Source: Patescibacteria group bacterium UBA2773 (GTDB taxonomy: Bacteria; Patescibacteriota; Minisyncoccia; Moranbacterales; DUUL01). From it: DNA of 64,000 bases. The notes below the pieces were generated by a model. That model saw only the letters and a list, made by a program, of their open reading frames with translations, made no database searches and had not been told where the DNA came from. The position numbers were made by a program, and so were the translations under genes. The stretch is taken from positions 564 to 64,563 of the forward strand of contig DEIN01000008.1 of the NCBI GenBank assembly GCA_002352465.1. Direction: 5' to 3'. This document shows, in pieces, positions 38,833 to 46,751 of the stretch (the first letter of the stretch is position 1; each line of letters begins with the position of its first letter).

Positions 38833-39780
38833 TTAATCATTCTTTTTTAGTGAATATCCAAAATTTTCAATAGAATTTTTGATTTCATCAACTCCTTTAT
38901 TTCCCATTCCGCTAAGATTTCGTAATTCTTTTTCTGATAATTTGGCTACTTCTGAAACTTTGGTAAGTTCATTCGATTCTAAAACATTGTGAATTCTAGT
39001 AGAAAGCTCTAACGCAGATATCTCAAAATCTTTTTTGGCATTTTTATCTGGTTTTTGGCTTTTAATCTCTTTCTCTTCGATTTCTTCTTGATATTCTTCT
39101 ATATTAGAAATAGCCTTGAATTGTTTTAATAAAACTTTGACTGCTTCAGTGAAGGCTTTTTCTGGTGTAATTGTTCCGTCGGTTTTTATTTCAAGGATAA
39201 TTCGGTCATAATCAGTTCTTTTTCCAACTCGCATATCTTCTACTTTGAAGTTTACTCTTTCGATTGGGCTAAAAATTCCATCAATAGCAATTGCACCTAA
39301 TTCTTTTTCTTTTCGTTCTCGTTGTTCAACTGAAACGTAACCAATACCTTTTTCAATAGTTAACTCAATCTCCAAATCAGATTTGGCCGAAGTTAAACTG
39401 GCAATGTGTTGGTTTGGATTGGCTACTTTGATATCAGTTGTAGTTTTGATGTCTTTAGCAGTCACTTCTTTAGCACCTTTGACTTTCAAGAAAACTTTAA
39501 TGCTTTCATCAGTATGAAGTTGAAATCTAACTTTTTTAAGATTTAAGATCATTTGAACAACATCCTCCTTGACTCCTTTTATTGTAGTAAATTCGTGTGT
39601 TACGCCCTTGACTTTGATTTCCGTGACGGCAGCACCAGTCAATGAGGATAATAAAATTCTTCTTAAGGCATTTCCCAGAGTTATTCCGTAACCTGGATAA
39701 CAACCTTCAATTAAAAATCGAGAAGTTCGTTCGTCAATTTTATCAAATTTAGGAGTGTTTGGTGATGTTATTAAAAGCAT
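38833..39780 (-). CDS. rpoA: DNA-directed RNA polymerase subunit alpha
   Basis: GCYPGYGITLGNALRRILLSSL... opens the N-terminal domain. The C-terminal domain has LELSTRIHNVLES. Confidence 0.9.
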   Translation of the reverse strand: MLLITSPNTPKFDKIDERTSRFLIEGCYPGYGITLGNALRRILLSSLTGAAVTEIKVKGVTHEFTTIKGVKEDVVQMILNLKKVRFQLHTDESIKVFLKVKGAKEVTAKDIKTTTDIKVANPNQHIASLTSAKSDLEIELTIEKGIGYVSVEQRERKEKELGAIAIDGIFSPIERVNFKVEDMRVGKRTDYDRIILEIKTDGTITPEKAFTEAVKVLLKQFKAISNIEEYQEEIEEKEIKSQKPDKNAKKDFEISALELSTRIHNVLESNELTKVSEVAKLSEKELRNLSGMGNKGVDEIKNSIENFGYSLKKND

Positions 39781-39813
39781 TTTTTTAAAGTTAATCTTTA
39801 TATAAATAATTTA

Positions 39814-40452
39814 TTATCGAGAATAAAATTCTACTACTTCTTGGACATCCATACTCACATTGATATCGTCTTTAGTTGGAACAGCAATAACTTCCCCTGC
39901 CATTTTGTTAACATCAAAATTTATCCAACTTGGAATTGACAATTCTTTTTTAAGGATACTTTGTCGATCGGTAAAGTAGTTTTTAGCTTGTTTATTTTTT
40001 TTAATGGTAATCTTATCACCAATTCCAACATAAGCAGAAGGAATATTTAAATTTTTTCCATTGACTTGAAAATGTCCGTGACTGACTAAATTTCTAGCTG
40101 CGGCTCTAGAAGAAGTCAAATTCATTCGGAAAACAACGTTGTCTAGTCTGGACTCTAATTTGGAAATTAAATTATCACCAGCGATTCCCGGTTTTTTTAC
40201 GGCTTCATTTAAATGTTTTCGGAATTGTTTTTCGGTTACGCCATAGATTCTCTTCACTTTTTGCTTTTTTTGTAATTGTTTACCGTATTCAGTTAAACCC
40301 TTTCTACCAGTTCCTTTTGCTCCGTGAATACCAGGCGCGTATGGTCGTTTGACCATTGCACATTTTGGTGAAAGACATCGGTCGCCTTTAAGAAAGAGCT
40401 TTTCCCCGGCTCTTCGGCATAATCTACACTTGTTTCTTTGATTTATCGCCAT
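39814..40452 (-). CDS. rpsD: 30S ribosomal protein S4
   Basis: C..C.R.G.KLFLKG.RC.S.KCA is the N-terminal zinc ribbon, followed by an S4 RNA-binding domain. Confidence 0.9.
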   Translation of the reverse strand: MAINQRNKCRLCRRAGEKLFLKGDRCLSPKCAMVKRPYAPGIHGAKGTGRKGLTEYGKQLQKKQKVKRIYGVTEKQFRKHLNEAVKKPGIAGDNLISKLESRLDNVVFRMNLTSSRAAARNLVSHGHFQVNGKNLNIPSAYVGIGDKITIKKNKQAKNYFTDRQSILKKELSIPSWINFDVNKMAGEVIAVPTKDDINVSMDVQEVVEFYSR

Positions 40453-40516
40453 CTTTGTGTAACTATATTATTATTACTTCTTGATTTATAAAATACTTTC
40501 TTCAAAATTTTTGCTA

Positions 40517-41119
40517 TTAAACTCGTCTTGGTTTTCGTGAACGGCATCCATTGTGAGGGATTGGGGTTCGATCTTTAATCATATTCAAATTAAATCCTTT
40601 CTGAGCCAAAGTTCGAATGGCTGATTCTCTTCCCGAACCAACTCCCTTAACATAAATATCTAAATCTTTCAATCCATATTTTTGAACTTTTTCTGTTACG
40701 TCATTTACTACTTGACTGGCAGCATAGGTAGTAGCTTTTTTGGCTCCTTTAAAACCTAAATAACCAGATGAAGACCAAGCTAAAACGTTTCCGTGCAAAT
40801 CGGATAAGGTAATCATCGTGTTGTTGTAAGTCGCTTTGATATAGGCTTGTCCTCGCTGAACTTGTCTTCGAATTTTTCGTTTCTTCAATTTCTGAACAAA
40901 TTTACCAGAAGTATTTTTTGAAACAGTAGTTCGAGTTGGAGCGTTAGTGGCTTCTTCTTTTTTGAATTCTTTAATAGCCTCTTTAGCTTCCTCTTCTTCT
41001 CGTTGTTTTTCAAATTCAGCCGTTGTTAAAGCAACTTCCTTTGGAGGAGTTGGAGTTTTTAAAACTTCCTTTTTGTCTTCTTCTTTTAGACTATCTTTAG
41101 CTTGCTTTTCTTCGGCCAT
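40517..41119 (-). CDS. rpsK: 30S ribosomal protein S11 with about 70-aa acidic/Lys-rich N-terminal extension
   Basis: The C-terminal 130 aa are canonical S11 (...TPIPHNGCR..K.RRV). The stop-free N-terminal extension is unlikely by chance in AT-rich DNA. Confidence 0.85.
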   Translation of the reverse strand: MAEEKQAKDSLKEEDKKEVLKTPTPPKEVALTTAEFEKQREEEEAKEAIKEFKKEEATNAPTRTTVSKNTSGKFVQKLKKRKIRRQVQRGQAYIKATYNNTMITLSDLHGNVLAWSSSGYLGFKGAKKATTYAASQVVNDVTEKVQKYGLKDLDIYVKGVGSGRESAIRTLAQKGFNLNMIKDRTPIPHNGCRSRKPRRV

Positions 41120-41164
41120 TTTCGTTGAGGTTAATTTTAATCAATTGTTTATATCGTTTTTAAA

Positions 41165-41521
41165 TTATCGTTTTCTTCTAAATTTCTTAGCAGTATGAGC
41201 ATTAGTTTTGGTTTGTTGTCCTCGGGCGGGTAATCCGCTTTGATGACGAGCTCCACGATAACTGTTAATTTCCTTCAGTCTTTTAATGTCCATTTGCTTT
41301 TGTCGTTTCAGTTCACCTTCCAAATTGTAAGTGCTTTCAATTTCTTTTCGTAAAGTGTTGATTTCAGTTTCACTTAAGTCCTTGATTTTTCGATCTCGGT
41401 CAATCTTGTATTTTGCTAAAATTTCGTTTGATCTAGATCTTCCAATTCCATAGATATAAGTTAAAGCAATTTCAGCTCTTTTTTGTTCTGGAATTGAAAC
41501 TCGGGCTATTCTTACGGCCAT
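41165..41521 (-). CDS. rpsM: 30S ribosomal protein S13
   Basis: MAVRIARVSIP...YIYGIG... The start is set to the internal Met of the 133-aa track ORF. Confidence 0.9.
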   Translation of the reverse strand: MAVRIARVSIPEQKRAEIALTYIYGIGRSRSNEILAKYKIDRDRKIKDLSETEINTLRKEIESTYNLEGELKRQKQMDIKRLKEINSYRGARHQSGLPARGQQTKTNAHTAKKFRRKR

Positions 41522-41647
41522 AAATATTATGTTAAGTTTATAAAGTTGGAAAATTTGTAAAATCAAAAGTTTATTGACTAGTTTATGAGGTTTGGAAAAT
41601 TAGAAATTTTTAAAATCATTTTTCTCTGAAAAACTTAGGATTTTCAG

Positions 41648-41758
41648 GTTTGAGGAAATTTCGAGAAAAAATTGAGCAACGAGCGGAATTTACTGAACTT
41701 ATAAATGTAGCGAGTAGCGGAAATTTTTTCTCGAAATTTACCAAACATGAGAATTCTA
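41648..41758. repeat. Direct repeat copy 1 (about 110 bp) with an internal 19-bp perfect inverted repeat (aaatttcgagaaaaaatt / aattttttctcgaaattt) around a ~45-nt loop; abuts the rpmJ stop
   Basis: It matches 41954-42066 at about 90% identity. It forms a stem-loop on the RNA of the minus-strand operon. Confidence 0.75.
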
Positions 41759-41869
41759 GCCTTGCCGTTGTTTATGTCGAGGGTTCTTACAAATCACAAA
41801 AACAACTCCTTTTCGTCTTACGATTTTACAGTGTTCGCATCTTTTTTTTACTGAGGCTTTGACTTTCAT
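41756..41869 (-). CDS. rpmJ: 50S ribosomal protein L36
   Basis: Translated by hand it reads [37 protein letters not shown] (37 aa), which is canonical L36 with its Cys/His zinc ribbon. It is absent from the ORF track because it is <60 aa. Confidence 0.9.
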   Translation of the reverse strand: MKVKASVKKRCEHCKIVRRKGVVFVICKNPRHKQRQG

Positions 41870-41953
41870 AATTCTATTTTTACTATAAAATCTTTATTAT
41901 TTACAATCTTATCTTATCAATAACTTGTTATTAAAAAAATTTAGAAATTTTAG

Positions 41954-42066
41954 ATTTGAGGAAATTTCGAGAAAAAATTGAGCAACGAGCGGAGTTTACT
42001 GAGCTTGTAAATGTAGCGAGTAGCGGAAATTTTTGCTTGAAATTTACCAAATGTAAGATTTCTAAA
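41954..42066. repeat. Direct repeat copy 2 (about 110 bp, stem slightly degenerate); abuts the infA stop
   Basis: gaggaaatttcgagaaaaaattgagcaacgagcggagtttactgagcttgtaaatgtagcgagtagcggaaatttttgcttgaaatttacc. Confidence 0.75.
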
Positions 42067-42274
42067 GCCTCTTCGTGATTCGGCCCTTGGTAAGGTCGTA
42101 CGGACTCATCTCTAACTCCACCTTATCTCCCGGCATCAACTTAATAAAATGAATTCTCATCTTTCCAGAAATATGAGCTAAAATCACATGTCCATTTTCT
42201 AATTTAACTCGAAACATCGTGCTAGGTAATAGCTCGACGATTTCTCCTTCTAATTGGACTAGTTCTTTGGACAT
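42062..42274 (-). CDS. infA: Translation initiation factor IF-1
   Basis: [70 protein letters not shown] is canonical IF-1. Confidence 0.95.
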   Translation of the reverse strand: MSKELVQLEGEIVELLPSTMFRVKLENGHVILAHISGKMRIHFIKLMPGDKVELEMSPYDLTKGRITKRL

Positions 42275-42706
42275 CTATAAATTACATTAAACTTTTAACA
42301 TTTTTTCAGTCATTTTTATTGTCGCAAAAACGCTTTAACAGCCCTCTTTTATAAGACAATATTAAGACAACGATAGAATGTAACCGTTGGCTAACATCAA
42401 ATTTAAGCAAAATTCATTTGATAAATAAAATATTAAGGTATTTTTGGATTTGTGTCAAGAGTAAACGGATTGTCTTGATGAATTTTTGCTTTTTACCTTA
42501 TTATTTGGGTTAAAAAAGTTCATTGAATAAACGGTTTTAAAATTTCAAAACCCCAATTACTACAAATTGATCTTTACCTCGGCAAGCGATGCGAGACGGG
42601 CAAATCAATTTCAAAATCTAAAATCTAAATTTCAAATTTTTTTTCTTTTGAACAGTTTATATTAGAGATTTTATTATTAGTTAATAATTTCAATAAAAAT
42701 TGATTA

Positions 42707-42739
42707 TAGATTTAATCATAGAATTAATACTATGATTAA
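42707..42739. repeat. Left boundary repeat of the island: tagatttaatcatagAattaatActatGatt
   Basis: The first 15 bp (TAGATTTAATCATAG) are identical to 46263-46277, and the following ~15 bp match 46278-46292 at 12/15 positions. Confidence 0.7.
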
Positions 42740-42741
42740 TT

Positions 42742-43905
42742 TTATTTATTCCCCTTAGCTCTATTGTGTGTTTTGCATAACATCTGACAATTATCGATAG
42801 TGGTTGTTCCGCCTTTGCTCCAAGCTGTTATATGATCAGCGTCCATTTCTTTTAAGTTCCAAATTCTCTTTTGATTAGCATTATTTCCAATAGCACAAAG
42901 TGGGCAATTTGATTTACTTTTCTCTTTAGCCGTTTTAGTTTGTTTTGTATAAACTGATTTTTTGATTGCTTCATCAAAAATTCTAACATTTAAAAGTTTT
43001 GTATTAACAGACCCTCCTAAAACATATTCAAAAATACCTTTACGATTTTTAACATACGAATCACCATAAAGTTTTTGAACTTCTTTAGATAGCTCGACTG
43101 GATTATAGGCTTTTTTGTGATATTGTTCATACAATCTTCCCCATTCTAACCCACACATTTCACTTTCTATGTCTATAAAAACACTAGATGCCCAATCAAT
43201 TACGCTGTTGAAATAATTTTTCAATTCATCGATGTTTTCATCATAACGATGATTGCTCATATAATCATCAATCTTTCCTTTACTTACCCAATCAAGAGCT
43301 TTTTCTAAAAATTCTTGTCGATTAACATTACCTTTTAAATAAGAACTCCATTTTTGAATATTAGAATTTTTGCTGTTGCTAAATTCTTCTTTCGCTAAAG
43401 TGACGAAAGATCCTGAATAAATAGCGTTTAACAACTCTTGATTATTTAATGGCATTCCCACGATATTAATTGTTCTAAACCATTCTTTGATTTCGCTTTC
43501 CTCTCCCTCACATTCATAGATAGTTAGTTTTGTTTCTAGAATTTTTTTCTGTTTATCAAAAGCAATTCCACTAAAATACTGCTCCATTCTATTTTCATCT
43601 TTAATGGCAAATTTATTGGCAACAAAACGTCCGATGCTAGTGACTCTTTGCTGTCCGTCTAAAATTTCAAATTTATCTTCTGCTACTTTTACGAAATAAA
43701 CTAAGCCCAATGGATAACCTTTTAAAATAGATTCAATAACCGCTACATCTTTTTTGCCATCAGCATAAATATAATTTCTTTGATATTCTGGCTGGATGGT
43801 TAACTTACCAGATAAGCCAAACAAACCTTTTCCTTCTAACTCATTATAGACAAATCCCTCGCAAATTTCTTTAACCGTAATGTCGGTTTTTAAAATTGTT
43901 TTCAC
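42742..43905 (-). CDS. DUF262 (ParB-like nuclease, DGQQR motif) fused to a C-terminal HNH endonuclease; GmrSD-like/type IV-restriction-like nuclease
   Basis: The N-terminus has [11 protein letters not shown]...[11 protein letters not shown]. The C-terminus has CPLC....[12 protein letters not shown]...[14 protein letters not shown] (HNH). Confidence 0.7.
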   Translation of the reverse strand: MKTILKTDITVKEICEGFVYNELEGKGLFGLSGKLTIQPEYQRNYIYADGKKDVAVIESILKGYPLGLVYFVKVAEDKFEILDGQQRVTSIGRFVANKFAIKDENRMEQYFSGIAFDKQKKILETKLTIYECEGEESEIKEWFRTINIVGMPLNNQELLNAIYSGSFVTLAKEEFSNSKNSNIQKWSSYLKGNVNRQEFLEKALDWVSKGKIDDYMSNHRYDENIDELKNYFNSVIDWASSVFIDIESEMCGLEWGRLYEQYHKKAYNPVELSKEVQKLYGDSYVKNRKGIFEYVLGGSVNTKLLNVRIFDEAIKKSVYTKQTKTAKEKSKSNCPLCAIGNNANQKRIWNLKEMDADHITAWSKGGTTTIDNCQMLCKTHNRAKGNK

Positions 43906-44022
43906 TTTATTTTTCTTAATTTTTACACTTTTTTGAAAAAACTATTGCAATATTTTGAAATTATGTTACTATAGAGATACAGAAAGCGCCACCACTATCC
44001 GAACGGTGCACCTAGTGTGCAC

Positions 44023-44790
44023 CTAACCTGAAAGGGAGTAGGAAGTGGGGCGCTTTTTCGTTTTATTGTTAAATTCAAATTTCCAAATATTAATTTTATC
44101 AGTCAAATAGGGAGTGGGATATTTTAGTTTTAATCCGAAAATAATTTCTATGTGTTTTATAAGAGCTAATTTAGCTGGACTTGTTTGATATCCATCCCAA
44201 GAATAGCCAATCGCTCCCATTAAGATATCAGCAATCTGAATTGCAGGTGATTCTTTAGAATCAACGGCTTCAACATTTCGTACTGAAATTTCACCTGTTT
44301 GACAAATTTTATTTAATCTATTATTTAAAAATTTCTTTAAATCATCAAGTCTTCCTACTTCAATTTAATCTCCTATTTGTCTTCTTCTTCTATCTAAGAT
44401 TAATTTATATTTATCTTTAATTCCCTTAAATTTAAAGTCTTTTTCAATGTTTCTGCTAATAAAAAAATAAAGAAATTTATAAAATCCTAATTCTTTATCT
44501 CCATTGTGATATTTTTTATAATCCAAAGTTCTCGTGTCCAATAAAACACATCTAAAATCAGTTCCCGGATAAGTTGCGAAAAGATCAATAAATTTTTTAT
44601 AAGTCTCTAATTTTCCTTTTGAAACTTTAACCCAATGAAGTTCGCTTCTTCTAGTAGGAAATTCTTTATCCCAAAGTTTCCAGTATTCTTTCTCAAAATC
44701 CCCTGAATTATCTCTATTAATCCAAAAACTTCCAAATAATTGGAATCGAGATTTCGATATTCGACTTTCATCTATATAAATATACTTCAT
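44023..44790 (-). pseudogene. DUF3800-family gene interrupted by a single in-frame TAA (44365-44367)
   Basis: The N-terminal ORF begins MKYIYIDESR, a DUF3800 hallmark. Read through the stop, the frame continues without further stops into ...SPAIQIADILMGAIGY..., which is the DUF3800 C-terminal Q.AD..AG motif. Confidence 0.6.
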
Positions 44791-45041
44791 CTTTTTTATT
44801 TTTAAATAACCTCAAAAATTGCCTTGAATCATCTTTGTTTTTTATTTAACTATTTTTAAGTTTATTTTCAATTTCCTTAACTTATTTTTTATCATTTTTA
44901 ATTTAAAGAATATTAGTCTTTTTGTTTTGTAATTCCTAATTTTTCAATTCCGTTTTTCTCAAGTTCTTCTTCCCATTTAATAATACATTCTTGCATTTTT
45001 AAAAATCTCTCTTTAAATTTTCATATTGTTTTTTTGTAAAA

Positions 45042-46163
45042 TCAATTTTCATAATTATTTTTATGCTTAACTATAATTCTTCTATAAACACATTTTCCAT
45101 TTAATTCAGGACCTCTACCTCTCCATTTAGATAATTGCAATCTATGATCATCTAATCCTAAAATTTCAAACTGCTCGGGGGAATATTTATCCAAAAAACT
45201 TATTGGAACACCCATTATTCCATCGTAGTCGCTGGGAATAGCATTAGTAAAGGGCACTTCAATCGCATCGTAGTTATCATATTTTTGATAACTATTCTCA
45301 TTTTTTTTAATTCTTTTATTAAATTTTTTATTATCCGCCATATTCATCAAAGACAACGGTTGATGACGACGACCATGGTCAAGACTGGAAAACCAACAAG
45401 AGTTTCCAAGTCTTGTATAATCACCAACATAACCAAGTCTAGCGGCCTTTTGTCGATCGCTTTCTGCAATTTCTGCACCATTTGGAACAGCAAAAACCAT
45501 ATCACTTCCATTTCCAGTTGCGCCCAGCCACATTTTATTTTCCTTGATTAACGGAAAAATTTCTTTATAAGTAATAGCATTCATATTGCCGATTATCACA
45601 AATTTTTTCTTATAATCCATAAGCTGTTTAACATACTCACGGAATAGACTAAAAGGCGGATTGGTGACGACAATATCAGATTGTTTTAACAATTTCACAC
45701 ATTCCGGACTTCGAAAATCACCGTTTTTCTCCAACGGTTCCCATTCATTGTTTTTATTTTGTTTCAACTGTTCAGCAATATCTTTCAAATTAAACTGACC
45801 ATCCCCATCTATATCGCCGACATCACTAATAATAAATTTGTTAGCAGTTATTTTCGGCCGTCCTTTGACTGGAATGAGAGTTTTATCATTGCCAAAAAGG
45901 CTTAGTTGAGTATTGGCAACAGGTGAAGGTTTATAACTAGTGGTAATAAGTTTTTTTAATCCAAGTTTATCAAAATTGAGCACAAAATAACGGAAAAAAT
46001 TGCTTTCATAAGGATCATCACAATTACAATAAACTATTTTACCTCGAAATACCTCTGAATCATAATCCAAATAAGCTTCAATTTCTTTTTGAATATCATT
46101 GAACTGTGTATAAAATTCATCATTCTTCGCCCGTTTTGCATTCGTTAGATTGCTATTTGCCAT
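45042..46163 (-). CDS. N6-adenine DNA methyltransferase (gamma-like motif order; N-terminal DEFYTQ motif, NPPF catalytic motif)
   Basis: NDEFYTQ sits near the N-terminus, ...IVVTNPPFSLF is motif IV, and the product is 373 aa. No cognate restriction gene is recognisable. Confidence 0.7.
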   Translation of the reverse strand: MANSNLTNAKRAKNDEFYTQFNDIQKEIEAYLDYDSEVFRGKIVYCNCDDPYESNFFRYFVLNFDKLGLKKLITTSYKPSPVANTQLSLFGNDKTLIPVKGRPKITANKFIISDVGDIDGDGQFNLKDIAEQLKQNKNNEWEPLEKNGDFRSPECVKLLKQSDIVVTNPPFSLFREYVKQLMDYKKKFVIIGNMNAITYKEIFPLIKENKMWLGATGNGSDMVFAVPNGAEIAESDRQKAARLGYVGDYTRLGNSCWFSSLDHGRRHQPLSLMNMADNKKFNKRIKKNENSYQKYDNYDAIEVPFTNAIPSDYDGIMGVPISFLDKYSPEQFEILGLDDHRLQLSKWRGRGPELNGKCVYRRIIVKHKNNYEN

Positions 46164-46262
46164 AATATTTTTATTTTTTACACCTCAATATCTCTCAATA
46201 ACCTTATTATGCAATAATAAGACTTAAAAATCAAATTTTATATAAAAAATTTATTTTAATAT

Positions 46263-46292
46263 TAGATTTAATCATAGTATTAATTCTATTAT
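46263..46292. repeat. Right boundary repeat of the island: tagatttaatcatagTattaatTctatTatt
   Basis: Direct repeat of 42707-42739. Confidence 0.7.
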
Positions 46293-46751
46293 TCTTTATA
46301 AATTCTCGGAGCAAAAATTAAAATCAAGTTTGAAAAAGGTTCCCCAAGGGGAGCTTTAATTAAAAAACAATTCTCAACAACCTCCAAGAAATCTGTAAAC
46401 TGAAGTTTGAAAGAAGCTATTCCAAGAGAAAAACTCGCTTGTTTCTGTTTCTTCTTTAATTCCATCACAGGAGCCGAAATTCTCGTCAGAGTATCTCTTT
46501 GAATCTTTTTCTTAAAGTCGATTATAAATCTAATACAGCAAATTTCTGCCTGTTTTCTTCCCAAAAGTTCAAGAAACCTTTTTTATCTCCAGAATTCATC
46601 ATTCACCTCCTTGTTTGTTGATTTAAATAAGAAACTTCTACTTTTTTGTTTTGAATCTAAAAATAGCATTTTTTAGCTCATTTAGCAATAGCAATGCTCT
46701 CGAAAGGCACTTTTTAGAGTTTTCAACGTTTAGATAACCTTACACTAAACC

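Noticed and set aside
44365-44367. Stop-codon reassignment (alternative genetic code) as the explanation for the in-frame TAA in DUF3800
   Set aside because: Many well-conserved genes in the window terminate with TAA, TAG or TGA at the expected positions. No conserved protein requires read-through, so the standard code 11 is used.
46289-46564. 91-aa minus-strand ORF overlapping the island's right repeat
   Set aside because: It has a TTG start, no SD, low complexity and no similarity. It is more likely a relic or chance ORF, and I discuss it only as part of a decayed region.
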